Positions 21,676 through 36,095 are shown, counted from the whole stretch's first letter. The stretch is 63,738 bases of DNA, filler included, from Hyphochytrium catenoides (GCA_900088475.1; 10 parts of 10 records of this genome joined end to end with filler, not necessarily neighbours in it); one strand, 5' to 3'. Translations and numbers: made by a program. The notes: generated from the sequence alone by a model not told the origin.

Positions 21676-22444
21676 CACCTCCGCCGCAGGTGCCTAGAGG
21701 TAGAAAGAGATAGAAAGAAACAGACAGAGAGAGTGTGTGTGTGAGAGTGAGCGAGAGGTAAGAAGACTATCGGTTCCTGAGCAAAGTTATTAGGTAACTA
21801 GAGAGACAGAGAGATACAGAGATAGAAAGATTGATATATAGCATGCGAGATCGATAGAGCGTGAGACATAGAATCAGCCATAGCTCGCAAAAGCGAGCGA
21901 TCCAGGGTGACATTAGATTTCTGGTGGCAAGGATTCGAAGAAAGCATAAAGCAGAGCTATGGCAGACTGGTCTGTTGAAACGCGAAAGTGCTAAGGCAAG
22001 GGCCTACGGAATGAGCATAAAGCTAGAGAACAGCGCTTATAAAGCCAAGAGACATCACGAAGAGCCAGCTATTGAAACTGATTAGAACAGAAAGAGAGCA
22101 AAGCTCACCGGAGAGCTCCACATCATGATGCTCTGCCACATCTAGAATGGACTGCCCGACACGGCACTTTGCCTGGTAACGGTTGCCCTCCCAGTCCATG
22201 AACGTGATAGTCACTCTATAGACAAGAGATCAGAAACAACCGTCAATAAGTTCCGATCGACTTTGTGACAGCCATAAAGATTCTATCCTCTTTCGATAAA
22301 TCAGAAGTACAAGCGGCAGACTTACACATCCTTGTTGGGCTCCGTGTGCACTCCTGCGGTGCGAGGGAGCGCAGACCGGAGCGAGAGATGCTGTCTTCTG
22401 GGCAGCCTGGAGACAAGCGCGGAGGAGATCGCCTTCCTGAACAT
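21676..22444 (-). CDS. Mitochondrion-targeted adrenodoxin-like ferredoxin, 5' part (3 exons)
   Basis: Exons 22444-22326, 22215-22109 and 21693-21676 splice in frame to MFRKAISSALVSRLPRRQHLSLRSALPRTAGVHTEPNKDVVTITFMDWEGNRYQAKCRVGQSILDVAEHHDVELSGTCGGG. Arg/Ser-rich acid-free presequence followed by the ferredoxin V-x-I-x-F-x-D-x-x-G...G-x-S-x-LDVA pattern. Confidence 0.85.
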
Positions 22445-24557
22445 ATTGTTTGATGAGGTCCAACTGACAAGTGGCTACTCTCACTTCAGACGCCTTCAGA
22501 TGTCTAACACTCGGCTAGGTTCCACGCCAGCCACGTGAAGATCGCTGTATAGCTTAGGACTGATAATCCGGAAGAATCCTGAGCGCGGTCGATGTCTGGG
22601 ATCTCTGGCCTTTACTATGAATCTCACAGAGCTCATCGGGAGCACGGCCCCACGGTTATTGCGCTTTCCGCCCAGTCAGTGCCTGCGCAGTACTTTGTAA
22701 GTACTATAAGTAACTCGGTCCGCGGGGGAGTGGACAAGTAAGTAGCAAGACCAAGTAGTACCGTCCAGCAATAGGTCCACAGCCTCCTAAATTGGGTAAA
22801 TTAAGGGTTGGACTTATTCAAGTTCCAGTAAGTACTTCAAATATTTGTATAGTGTATATCTTGGATCTTCAGATATGTCTCTCAAATTAACTGATGGGCT
22901 TCCGGAACTCATAAGTACAAATACAGTACTTAGGGTCATTGGGCCTTCGGAGGACTTGGAGAATGAATTATTACAAGAGCAAAAGAGCGCGCCGCTGATC
23001 ATCTGTGAGATCATCATCGGTCCCGCCCATCATCATGCGCGCACTTTGCATTTGTCACTTCAGCTGAAGTTTTGAACCGAGCGCCAAGGCGGCGGCACGG
23101 CGGCAGCTGAGAGCTAAAATTGATGGGAGCCAAGGGAGGATAGGCTCGAGCCCAAGAATCAGCGAAGTAACACCGAGACATACGCTAAGGAAGAGGTGTT
23201 AGGGCCGAAAAGCGGCCGATGTTCTTTTATAGACCATCATCTCGAAACAAAGGAGGTATTGTCCCGATAGCGTATCCATCATGAGGATAGCGAAGATCTC
23301 AACGCCATCATGACAGAAGGAAGGGGTAGCAGTAGTTACTGCTCGGAAAGAAGGTACTGGATAGAATCAAAGGGCCAATATTGGAGGATGCAAGCAGTGT
23401 AACTGAGCTGACGGCAATGATGATTATGATCGAACCACCTGGCAGGCCAGGCATTAAAGTGCTGTGCGCACCCTCCCTGCTACACATTATGGCGTTCCAT
23501 CCCTCTAAAGGCCATTCCTCCGTTCGAGCCAAGTGAGCCATATTCCCAATCTTGTGCCCGTCTTTAGGCCCTTTATGTCTCACTTACAACGCTGCTTCGT
23601 CCACAATCCCTATGATTCAACTTCTTTATTAGCGCTTTCAGCCGAAGGCACAAAAGAAGCTCCTCATCTCTATTCATCCAGAAGTTCTAGTCGCTAAATG
23701 CCAGGCGTCACACTTTGTTCCCATTATTCCTGCTGTCAACGGTGGACGACCGCCTTGTGGGCTTGATAATATCAATAATATTGACGCTGTTTCGCTAATG
23801 TAGAAGATCTGTCCACGAGGCAGCACGGAGTTGATTGGGATGGTTAAGGAAAGCTCCCCAGAGCCCAGTAAGAACAAACTAACAACAACAATTAAAGTTA
23901 GCAATGGGGGAAAAACAGCGTCAACATGGAGGAGCCGCGCTGCTCTCGGTAGCGCAAGCTTTTTTCATTTGATGATGGACGCTTCTTAACTGTTCTAATA
24001 ATAGGCACAAAATTGCTTTTGGGCAACAAACACCTAGTTCAGAGGCAGGGAGTCAGGACATCCCAGTCCCATTCAAGCTGAATTCCTTGCTGCCTGCGAT
24101 GTATAAAAGGCCGGCAGCGACGGGGTTTGCTACTTTTTTTGGCGGAACACCTCTTCTGACGTGTTTGACATGGGCCTTCAGACAACGTGCTTCCTGCTGG
24201 AGAAAGGCAGTGCTATTCCTACTATTGAAGTAGTGCTCCAGTTACCCAGCGCCTGTTCCTTGTCATTATCTAGCTAGCCTTTCCTCGGTTCCCTTCTTTC
24301 GTTCGCTGTTGTCTCTCTTCTTGACGATGTATTGTTGTCTGCCGCAGTCCCTTCGCTCGAACCAACAAGAAGATCATTGCAGCGGAGAAGATGAGCTATT
24401 TTGGGGTATGAGAGAGGCGATCTCTAGAGCAACCAAAGCCTGAGAAGAGAGAAGAGAGAGAGTGCCAGAAGATAGACCAGCGGATCTATAAATGGCCAGA
24501 AGGGGGAGCAGCACCAGACCACCAAAGGAGAGACTGTGGTGTGAGCCTTGTGAGAGT

Positions 24558-24610
<53 letters not shown>

Positions 24611-25092
24611 GAGAGAAAAGAGGAGAGTTCCAAGGGGTAGAAGTAGGTCTGAGAGAGGTGGATTCTGACAGAAAGAGGAAATCAGGAAGAGAACGAACCA
24701 GACCTTGTTGACATCATCGCACGCATGTCAGAACCCGCTCATTCAAAGGAAGGGCAGAGAGAAGAAGAGAGAGAGACAGAGGGTGTTGTGTGCGTTCCTA
24801 CAGACAGCAGCCATAAAGATGGAGAGAGAAAATGCAAAAGCTAAAGGATGATTGCATTATTTTTGGAAAATCTCGTTCTCTGGGGTATACAGAAGGGGGT
24901 GGAAGGGTGCGAATGAGAGAAAGAGAGACCTCGGGAGAGAGCCAGCGTCAGGACAACGGACACAGAGAGGGAAAGAAAGATACGCAGAACTCACAAGGGA
25001 GAGAAAGAGAGAGAGAGAGAGGGAGAAACATGAGAGAAGCGGAAAGAGATCGGAGAAAAGAGAGAAAGAGTAAAAAGAAAGAAGAGTGAGAG

Positions 25093-25139
<47 letters not shown>

Positions 25140-25686
25140 GAGAGAGAGAAGGCGCGAGAGACCGGCCTGCTGAAGTGACTAACGATGGATCTGTGTGACA
25201 GAGGCTGCACAACCTCCATCAGAGGCCAGGAGTAGTACTAACTCATTCAGGGTTTCTACCTATCAGCATTAGTTCTGGTTCTTGTATTATTATGTCAATG
25301 TTGGCGTAGCCCCACCCACTCTCTCCCCATTCCCGCCAATAGTATTGACCGAGTCCATTAGGATCGCCAGGCTTAATAGTCATGAGAGTCGCCTGGTAAT
25401 ATATCTCGACCAGACAGAGAAGCCCACCCACCCTTGACGGATAGCAAAGTGTTGTAAAAAGATCCTGCGGCATATTATTACTGTCTCACACACAGAGGAC
25501 CATTACTACTACCACTAGCCCTTCTTTTATTGTAGCCTTTCCTGTCATCCACTGCAGGAAACGGCTTGGACGTATTACTACGTCACNNNNNNNNNNNNNN
25601 NNNNNNNNNNNNNNNNNNNNNNNNNNNNNNTTAATTAATTAANNNNNNNNNNNNNNNNNNNNNNNNNNNNNNNNNNNNNNNNNNNN

Positions 25687-28600
25687 GCGCTAGCTAATAG
25701 GTGTGAGCTGCTGCCTAGCGGGATCTTGAGCTTCAGCTCTGCATTATGAAGGTCCCAAGCTAGAATGGCGTGTCGATAGCCTCCCAGCAATAGGTTAAAC
25801 TCCTCAGACCGTGCCAACTCCAGTGAGTGTATAGGCCCCAAAGCTAACGAAAACGCAAGACGGTATGGGAGTCCTTAGAACCTTTATCTCTTCCCTCCTA
25901 TCCCTCCCTGTCCTGCGGATGTTTCGTTCTTCCTGTTTCCTCTGCCAATTTATCTCGCATCACCGCCTCTCTTCTCCCGACGTACCTTGTGCACAGGCTT
26001 CATCTCCGTCATCACAGGACAGAGGCGGCTTCTGGTGCCAAGCGGCGTCTCTGACAATGAACACTTGCACGCCTGCTTCCAAGCCCCACGCCACCAACAA
26101 TGGCTGGGTCAACGCGTCCCTCCCCTCCTCACCCACGAATATAGCAGTCGCTGGCGGAGATGGTGTTCCAGTATGCAGGGTGATAACCTCCCTGGCGATA
26201 ACGCTCCGAGGAACTATCGGGTGGAGTTTGTTCTCGGAAGTTAACGACGAAAAAGAAGGGGGAAGAGAAATATGGCAGCGCCACACGTAAAGAGAGACTT
26301 GAGATGTTTCCTCGCCTTTGGTTGTGAGGGAAAGGACAATGTCCATAGCGAGTTCATCTCCACCTGCACCAGCATCAATCCATCCATTGAGAGCTTTAGC
26401 CTCCAAGATGGTAAACTCATCATCAGAACCGCTTGATGAGGCGCCAAGGCAGACCCATAGACTGGAACTGGAAGTTTCGTTAATGGTCCAGAAGCTGATC
26501 AGACTGCCGCTAAACGTGCAGAGAAGTGGTTTGCCATCCGGAAGGGTCTCCACCAGGATTCTGTCTACCCGAGACTCAGTCGGGACCAGCTCTAGATCCA
26601 TGGACTGATGCAGCTGAAGGGACGGTTCCTTGCGCAACTCTTCGGTTATGAGAGGGACCAATAAGAGTCTTTTTCACAGATGTTCAAGATAAGCGGGCGG
26701 CGGCTATTATACCTGAACCCTCGTGCTCCTCGTGCCCTTGACTGTCCAAGTCATAGATGAGGTTTCGTGTCTGACTCTCGGAGAGAAAGGCGCCGTCTGC
26801 AGGAGAAGCGGACAGGATCTGGGTTTTTGGTGTGCTTTTATTTGTTGCTGGGGTGAGAATTTCTGTCTTAGAGCTGTGTTGCAGTTAGTTATTCACGAAA
26901 GGCGAGGCGAGTGGGAGAAAGGAGTGAGTCCGGATTAGATCAGGGAGAGAACAAACTTGCAATTTTAGTGTACCCTGGACTCTGTCTGACTGGCGATTCC
27001 TGAGGAAGTAGCCCCGAAGCTGCTCGGGACCTTCTCCTTTCATGAAGGTGATAAGTAGCCGCTTGTTCCAGAGCCTCAGCAGATTTAGTCTCTTTGCCCT
27101 CAGCCTCTTGAGAGAAGGTGGCCGCTAGCGTACTCCCTTTCTCGCTCTGTTCTGTTTTTAAAGCACGTTCTTCGCCACATGGCAAGTCTCCTGAAATTCC
27201 GGTCATGATGACAGGACTTGGCTTAGAAGAGGAGGGCAGAGATCCGGATAGAGAAGACAAAGGTTCTGGAGTCTCAGGCACGTCATGCAATTGTGCGAAA
27301 GGCTCTTCACGGTGACTCCGTGTCTTTGAGGCAAATACCTCTTTAGAACTCCCGCCCGTTTCTTCCTCCAACGCCCATTCAACGCTGAGTCCGATAGGAC
27401 TTCTTTCACTGAGTGCGGTTTTGAAGGTCTCTACGCTTGAAGGACCACCAGGTGGGGCATCAATAGAAAGTTGTGTCTGAGTCTCCCTTTCGTGCTGCCG
27501 TGAAACCTTATGCTCCGATGCCTTCTCTGTAGCCTTCGGTCTTGCTACTCGAGTCTCGTCACGCCTAGTTATCGGCGAGCGAGGGCATGGGGAACGCATA
27601 CTGGCACTTCGCTCCTCAGAAATGCGAGCAGTGGGCTCCTCTTGTCCTTCAGGTTTGCGATACGATCTTTGCTTCGCCAATTGTGAGTCCACCTCACCAT
27701 CCAAGTGGGACGATACTGTTACCTCTTGTTCCTTTTGGCGTCGGTAAGATGGAAGATTAGTTCGACCAACTCATAACTTCCGGGCAAATCATCAAAGCAA
27801 GTCTCCCACCTTGCTATGTGGAAAACAATGAACCTCTTCCGGAGATAAGGGCATTGTCATCTCTTTTGCGTCGGGTTCTACGTTGCCTGTGGTCTGAACC
27901 TTATCTCTGACCATAAAACTGGGATACCTTGCAATTGTCTGTCCTCCAGATGTCACGTTAGAGGACCTAGTCGCGCTCTCACCTACACCCAGCTCGCGCA
28001 CTCTGTTTTTGTCCTCTTGAAGCTGCGACCTCGTCTTCTTTTTTCGAGGAACTGAACAAGATAACGACTCCTGGACCGAGATACCTGACCTGCGCCGCGA
28101 GCTTCTTCTCCCCATTGCTAAGAGGGAGTGTACATAATTCTTAGGCGACCATAGTGGACAGGTATAAATGCCGGTAGGGTAAGCGGCTGGAAACGTCTTA
28201 CCATTTGGCTGATGGGTTTTCGTGTGTGGCGATGCGGGAGCAGTTTTCATAGGGGGGGTCGATGGAGTTGGTGACTTTTCTTCAACGGTGCTCTTCTCCC
28301 CTGTGCCGACCATCACTTTGCTAGTAGCGCCAAAATCATTACTCGTCTTGCTTTCTTTTGGTTGTCCATCCAGAAGCTTGCCACTAGCCTTATCGGTAAC
28401 TGTTGTCTGGCACACAGAAGTGAAGCATTAGCATATGTTGGTAAGAGTTACTCCAGTAGATCAGCTAGAGGCGCACAAGTACCTGCGTCGGGCAATTTGG
28501 GGTGGTGGATGTCATCTTAGCAGCCGTCTCCTGGTATCCATCTTGAAGAGGTGTTGACTTCTTAGGCGTCGTGGGCCTTAGGGATGAGTGCTCCTGTTCT

Positions 28601-29440
28601 CCGGTAGACTGAAAGATACCACAATGAGCTGTTAGTATACTGTGTGTAAGAGACACCTCTGATCGTACCCTGACCTTCTGAGTAGATCGGCGTCTCTTCC
28701 TACTTGACCCGGCCACTGGCAATTCAAGATGCACAGCACCTCCAGACCTCCTTCTCGTGCTTCTTCTTCTGAGACGACAGACAGCACAGTGTTCCCTGTT
28801 GCTCTCATTTTCATAGGTACAGGAGGAGCATGTCCAAGCCTAGCAAGGCTTAGCTTAGAGGAGAGCTGAGTCGTGTTCCAGCATATTTGCCCTTACCTCT
28901 GACGTACAGTCACTACCCTTGCTGACATTGTCGCTCTGTGATTCTAAGGGCGCAGACAGCTCCTGGATTTCTTGTTTGTTTCTCGAAGAAGAGGGGGACT
29001 TATCCGAGCAACTCTCTCCTATGGGCGTTTCCCAGTGGCTTATAGATCGAAATTCTTCAGTCAAGGGCGTTCGTTGCACTGAAGTAGAAGGCTTGATAGG
29101 AGTCTCCGCCTTAGCTGGAGGCTGAGCTTTGGAGAGACCAGATGCAGTTGCTTGCTTTGAGGGTTTCAAAAGTCTAGAGACAGCTTGCTGCTGCTGATTG
29201 AGGACTCGGCTCAGACTCTCTGCTAGTAGACGATCTTTGGTCTGTCGAGGCAATCGCCGGCGGCTTCCACCAGCAGCAAAAGGCTATCGAATAGTCAGCA
29301 TCAAAAATTTTATGGAGAAATGGCTCTTCGAAGGGAACATTAGCTGGGGCTACCTCAGTGCAATCTTCTCTATTCTCCTTCTCTTCGGGATTCAAGTTGT
29401 GACTTTCGGCCTCTTCCTTAGAGATCCTCAGTGCCTATGA
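25687..29440 (-). CDS. Large multi-exon protein: long S/T/E/P-rich disordered region followed by a beta-propeller-like C-terminus; truncated, boundaries approximate
   Basis: Co-oriented ORFs 28855-29253, 28465-28734, 27792-28415, 26940-27704, 25960-26661 and 25687-25841 with splice signals between them. Beta-strand/WD-like strings ISFWTI, LYVWR, LLVAW and ILAWDL. Confidence 0.45.
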
Positions 29441-32308
29441 TGGATAGCGGCCATGGCCAGTTAGCTGGCGGAATGACCGGTGGTGACTAAACATCATTGG
29501 TCATACCAGCTCTAGTAGTGGGTCACTCCGCTCACTTCGGCCTCTTGAGGCTTTCTTCGTGCTCGATCTTGAGACCTTTGTCATCTTAGATGGAAGCCTG
29601 CCGCTACTCCACTGGTGATCGAAGGTTCGTATCGTGAGTACATTGCATCACTTCGACTAACCGGCATACATAGTAGAGGTCTGCTCTTGCGTTAATGAGG
29701 CAGAGGTGCAGCGCAATGGCAAGGCAATTCTAGTGTTGCTGTTGTGCTGCTGTCAGCAAAAGATGAGACATGGCACTCGAGGGACGGACGGTTAATACCC
29801 TAGCGAGCCAGGAGTCTATAATATAGGATTAGNNNNNNNNNNNNNNNNNNNNNNNNNNNNNNNNNNNNNNNNNNNNNNNNNNNNNNNNNNNNNNNNNNNN
29901 NNNNNNNNNNNNNNNNNNNNNNNNNNNNNNNNNNNNNNNNNNNNNNNNNNNNNNNNNNNNNNNNNNNNNNNNNNNNNNNNNNNNNNNNGTGCAGGAAGAA
30001 CCAAAGCCAAAGTGCTATAGTTCTCGTAGATAAGATTAGACCGCACATCTGGGAAAGAAAAAACTTCAAAACTACAGAGTTTGGCGGGAGTAATGCTTCT
30101 AGCTGATTGAGCCCGAATCTAAAGGTTATTTCCGAATGTACTGCTCTTATTATCGTCTAGAGCCTATCTTGGTGCTGGTGGCTACTTCAGAGCAAAGAGC
30201 AAAGGCTTCATGTACCGATAATAGCTTACTTTTGGAAAGTAAGCCCTATCATAAAGAGCACCTTGGTATCATCAAAACATTGACAACCCTTCGCACTTAA
30301 AATTTTTGCTCAGGAAGAAGAAGATAAGAAACAACGAGCTCTTCTTTCTTTGTTCCTCGTTGTTCCAGTGGTAACGAACTCCGTTCGTCCTTTTTCTTCT
30401 TCTTCTTCTTCTCATCTTTTTTCTTCCTACTGCTCGTGTCCTAGGCAGCAACAAGCGACGCTTTCAGTCAGCAAAGAGTAAGGAAACTCTTTTTGTTGGG
30501 CAACCATGAAGAAGGAAAGGCGGCGGGCGACGATGGACGAGGTGTCGCACGCATGCATCCAACAACTTCTTCTTCTGGCTTCATTATTATTAGAAGCTAT
30601 TGGTTAGAAGCTTCATACTCACGTCATGGCCCGGGATGGTCCCATCATAATAGTCCGATAACGAGCAGCCGATGAATGACTTTTTTTTTTCAGTTCGTGA
30701 GATAACTCTTGGTAGTTGCTCTTGACAATGTTGAAGAAGTTCGCTTCATCTTTTCGTCTGTAGAAATGGGTGGTGACAGCATTATTCATGCACTCCAAAG
30801 TGGTGACTTTCAGGTGGTAATTCTGCATCTTCCATTCGTCTTCCCGCAGCTCCTATCTCCTTCTTCTCCCACTTCTTATTAACACTCCATCGTCGTTCAT
30901 AAGAACGACGTTTGTTACCACTATTATATTTGCCATAAAATCATCACCCGCCCGCTGCCACCACCCTTACTTATTATCATGCGAAAAAAAAGCTACCATC
31001 ATCATCTCCTTCATCAGCTCATCAGTACTACTTTTTGCAATTGTGAGCATGGCCTGATGCTCACGTACCTTGTTAAATTTAGAAGAGAAGCCCTAGTAGT
31101 AGGACTACTTCTTCGGCTGCACCAGGCGCTCGCCGTCGCTGCCAACGATAGTAATACCTTCATCATCTTTCTATGATGATTACCCGAGTCCCAGTACCAG
31201 TAGTCAAACTCTGACAGACGGCGGCGCTGCATAATAGCAGTTCTAAGAACAGCACGAACAATAGTTCTATCCCTTGCGCTTTCCCCCTTAGTGGTACTTG
31301 GTACATCTCTTGGGTCGCAAGTCATTCTAATGTTGAAAGCCGTACTATGCGTCCGTCCATCGATCCTTTGGGTCGGCGCCGCTGTCAATTGCCGCTGCTG
31401 CCAAGCCTGCTGGCACCATGGACCTAGGAACAAAAGCTCTCTTGTCCACAAAGAAGACAAGCTTAGTTAGTAAGCAAACGCCACAGCACTCTGGCTTTCT
31501 ATTCCTAGATTACCTTTCGCCTTCTCCCTCTTCTCGCTCTCCTCATCATCTCAGAAGAGCTGCTCCTCCCTCCATCATCGTTGGACCTCGCACCACTTTC
31601 GATCTGAACCTACCCACTCACCCACTATGCCAAGCTCTATCATGGGGGGATGGGTGGGCGATGTCCAGCTTGCAAGAGGGAGAGAGAGAGAGACAGAGAG
31701 ACAGAAAGAGAGAGGCGACAAGGGAGAGAGAGAAAAAGAGAGAGAGAGAGAGAGGGAGAGCGCGAGAGAGAAAGAGGGAGAGAGAGTTGTGAGAGAGAGA
31801 CAAAAGTGTGAGAGATAAACAGAGAGAGAGAGAGAAAGAGAGAGACAAAAAGAAAGCTGGAACAGGTGTGGAAGAGCTCTTGAAAAGCCACGCTCCTCTC
31901 TTCTACTTCCTAGATTCTTGGAATCTTTCGTCCTGTGGTGGTGCTGATGGTCATCCTCCTACTGTAGAAAGAGAAGGATAGAAAGGGAAGAAGAGTTCAA
32001 GGAATTGAAGGCAGGAGTTAGTGCAGGTGGCGGCCGTGGCCCGCTGTGTGCAGTGCCGCCACTGTCGCCAGGCATCCCTGTTGTTGCCTCGCTCCTTCCT
32101 GCCCACCGGCTCTTGAAGAAGGCTTGGCTTGTGCATCAAGCTTGAGAGAAGAAGGAGGCGGTGAGGGAAGAGGGAGACAGGCAGAGGACAGCAAACAGTG
32201 CTGGGGAAAGCAAGAGAAAAGAGGCGTGACTGACTGAAGCGACATGTTGACCGAAGGGACCTGCCGCTTCTGTTGAGCTGGAGGCTCTCGCTCTGGCTTG
32301 TTGCCGTC

Positions 32309-32356
32309 CACCCGGTGTTCTTGTTGGCAAGCACCCGGTGTTCTTGTTGGCAAGCA
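32309..32356. repeat. Perfect 23-bp tandem duplication
   Basis: CACCCGGTGTTCTTGTTGGCAAG twice in tandem. Confidence 0.85.
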
Positions 32357-32660
32357 ACGCGCGCAGAACCGCCAGCAGCAGCAGCAGCCACTCATCATGG
32401 TAGAGGATAGAAGCTTGACAAGAAAGGGGCAGCAGTCCAGGATCCTTCAGCTCATGAAGAGAAAAGAAGGAAGACAGCGCTGGTGGAGGGAAGAGGAACA
32501 AAAGTGAAGAGGGGAAACAGTGACCGTCCATAATGTGGCTTAGTGGCGTACCTCTCACTTGACCTCTGGCGCCAGAGGAGAACCCCACAGCGCCTCAGTC
32601 CGTACCTTCTTCTTCCAGATCGTTTCGCCTTAGATTCTCCTCTCTTTCTGAACAGTTCCC

Positions 32661-32708
<48 letters not shown>

Positions 32709-33011
32709 TCTCCACTGGATATTGATAGCCTGTTTCTCTCTCTCTCTTCTTTCTCTTTCTGTCGCAAGTGGGGCATGTGAGCTGGGAGGGTTGACATACG
32801 GCCTGACGTGCCCGTTGGACCATTTATCATAGCTTGGTTGGCTGGCAGCATCCTCTACTTTGAGAGTTGAGATGGCGGTAGATAGAGAAGGAACGCGTTT
32901 CTCTCGCTTTCTCTCCGACGCCCAGACCAGACATCCATCTTATGTCTTCTTTGCTCCCTCTCTCTCTCTCTCTCTCTTCTATACCTAGACCCTGTCTCTT
33001 TCTCTCCTCTC

Positions 33012-33059
<48 letters not shown>

Positions 33060-33851
33060 TTCTTCTGCTCCATCTTCAAGGAGCAACCCTCCTTTATTTT
33101 TATATCCCTTTTCCCCTTTGTCTTCGGGCACTTCTGATCTCCTCTGAGCTTTCCTTTGCCCTCCTGCTTCTTCTCCTCTCTTTCTTCTCCCTTCTCTCTA
33201 TCTCTGTCCCTCTCTCTCTCCTCTTTCCTCCTCCGTTTGCTCCAGCAGGAAGAGGTTCAACAAGTTAGAGCCGCTGATGGTCTGACTCTTGGGGCTGTGG
33301 AAGTGCATACACACGACACTGCTCGCAACACGTTGCACCGTTTGATGACCATCAGCGTCCTCCTTCCGCTGGCCAATGCTCTCAGTTAACCTCTCCTCCA
33401 TGACCTGTCTCTCTCTCTCTTCTCTCTTTGGGTCTGTCTCTCTCTAGGTCTGTCTCTTTTTCTGAAAGCCCACCCTTCGCTGTCGGCAGCGACAGACATC
33501 ATGATAGCGCTCTGAACCCGAAAGATATGAACGCTATATAATATATCTCATAGCTATGCCCAAGAAAAGGACGATGTGTTCTCTCCTTTGTCTCTCTCTC
33601 TCTCTCTCTCTTTCCTGTCCGTCCTGCTTTATCAGGTCGTCTCGCAGGCAAGCGTGAGCTGACCTACACCTCAGAAGCTGTGACCTGAACGTGAGGCCGC
33701 AATCCTCATTACTAACCTCTGCCTTGCTTCAACTTCCGTCGTGGACGTCTGNNNNNNNNNNNNNNNNNNNNNNNNNNNNNNNNNNNNNNNNNNNNTTAAT
33801 TAATTAANNNNNNNNNNNNNNNNNNNNNNNNNNNNNNNNNNNNNNNNNNNN

Positions 33852-34567
33852 CAGGACCAAAGCACCAAATGCTTCCAAACCACACAGCCGACATCAGGTT
33901 CTGGACACATGCTGCGTGCTCATCAACACCTCGCTGCATCGTTTGTGGTGAGCTAGCAACGAGCTCAGACTCCAACGACAAGCACGGCCTCCACATCCAC
34001 AGCTCACACCAATGCGCCTCCCAAGCGACAGATCGCTTCATCGCTGCTCGCATCGACATGTCAGCCAATAGAGAGCTGAAGTCCCAAACATGCTCACACC
34101 TTACCTGTGATCAAAGCTGCGGCGGTGGCTTAAGACGCACAGACCCTTATGACGAGCACCAACTGCTAACCAAGATGTGGGATAACTGGGTTTACCAGTG
34201 GCAGGAACCGCTGCTTGCAACAGGGCATCCTCCTCCAGATGACGAAGCTTCGAGCTATAGCCCCAAAAGAAGCATTCATAGCAAAGATCTCGCATCTCCT
34301 CGGCAATCACAAAGAGTTTCAGTAATGAACTACGGCACGAAATGGAACCTCGAGCACCCAACACCAGTCAGCAGTCTCTGGGACTCCTCTCCTTCAGCAA
34401 CCATCGACCAGATCTTCTCTATTGAGAACGTAGCGCTAGTCACTCCCGAAGAGAACAGCAAACTAGGCAGGTGCCAAGAGGAAGAGAGATCTTCAGCTAA
34501 AGCTCCAACCTCTGCTTCAACTTCACCAGTAGACAACGCCCAAGCCTCCCAGACAAGCCTTCATTAG
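33852..34567 (+). mobile_element. Probable 3' end of a LINE ORF2 (C-terminal CCHC zinc knuckle), 5'-truncated by the contig edge
   Basis: Frame open from the contig start: KHQMLP...PRCIVCG...HIHSSHQC resembles the LP...CxxC...HxxxC signature that follows LINE RT domains. RT itself is not visible. Confidence 0.4.
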
Positions 34568-36095
34568 TGTTTCTTCTTTTTTTTTTCAATTACCAGGATA
34601 CAATTAGAGGGTTAGTGCTCTGGTGTTCCCATACCTTCGACTACCATCCCGCGCTGACACACCTTGTCAGCAAAAGCATTGCTCACCCACACTATCCCAA
34701 CTTCACTATGCTCTGTAAGCACGTAGAATAGCAAACAAAGGCTTTGGGAACCTTTGGTGGTGACCGCGACAAAATGTGCACAAATGGTGCTGCCAATCTA
34801 CAGCTACCGGCTGGCATGGCTCACTCACACTTGCCCAGCACCATCATTATATCTTGCAAAAGCAACTACATTGGCAAACAAAGCCTTGACAGACCATCGG
34901 AGCAACCGCGGCAAAAAATGTGTACAAATGAATGTTAGCACTTTGACCTGCTCCCATCTTTCTGCTCCCAAGGGTGCTCTGAGGCTATTGTTTGGGTGCT
35001 CTGAGGCTAGCAGGTGCATAGGCCAGGATGGAGTCGATCCTCATTTCTGATGACTTGTGACGCCGTCTGCAGCTGTGGCTCAGGAAAAAGAAAGCCTGGA
35101 TGATGATGGAAGAAAGAGACCTACTGAAAACGCGTTGTTCCCTTTCTTCTTACGTTCTCTTTTCCATAGATGAGACTCTCTTTCTCGCCCTTGCTGCTTC
35201 ACTTCCTTTCCTCCCCATGTTCCATCCGCTGCTCGCTTTTTCCTTCTTCTTGGCCTTGTCCCTCTCTTTCCTTTGTCCATCTCCTCATATCTCTCTCTCT
35301 CTCTCTCTTCTCATTCTCTTTTCTACCTCCTCCAGCGATCTTGCTGCTTCCCTGGGTACTTTGTCCTCTCTCTGTTTCTCTGAGTCTGCCTCTGTCTCTC
35401 TCTCTTTGGTGAGTGTTCCGAGTCCATCAGAAGCACTTCCGGCCTGGTGGTGTTTCTTCTTCCCAATATCCTCCAACTTCAAGCTGCAGAAGAAGAAGCT
35501 TGCTGTCATTCTTCTATTGAAGCTTGATAGGACCGAAAGGGAGAGAGAAGAGGAGAGAGAGAGAGAGAGGAGAAGGAGAGAGAGAAAGAGGAAGAGAGAG
35601 GAATAGAGAGAGAGAGGAAGAGAGAGAGAGAGAGATAGAAGGATAGAAGAAAGAAAGGGGAGGAGAACTTCCAAGCGGTTACATTCATCCGATCAAGCTG
35701 CCTCTTCAACATGAGAAGCGTCCAAGCAGCCTGGGCCCGGACTGCGTCGAACAAGGGCGTGGAAGGTTAGAAGAATAGAGAAGAGCGCAGCAGAAGAGAG
35801 AGAGAAAGGCCAGCGAGGAGAGAGAGGAGAGAGAGAGCTGGAGCTTGAAAGAGAGACATGACAGAGGTTGCTTGTGGCCGAATCCTCGTCCTACCCATCA
35901 CACTTCGTCATCGGTAGTCTGAGGATATGATCTATCTGTGTTATAGGCTATTTAGACGTAGAAATGTCAGTGTGGGTTTGGAATTAAGGTGTGTTTGTCA
36001 AGACCTCCTCGTTCGAAGTCCTTCCTCTTTTGCCTTATGTTGTGGCTGCGACCCACCAGTGTACCCTCCTGCCCTCTCTCTCTCTCTCCTCTCTT

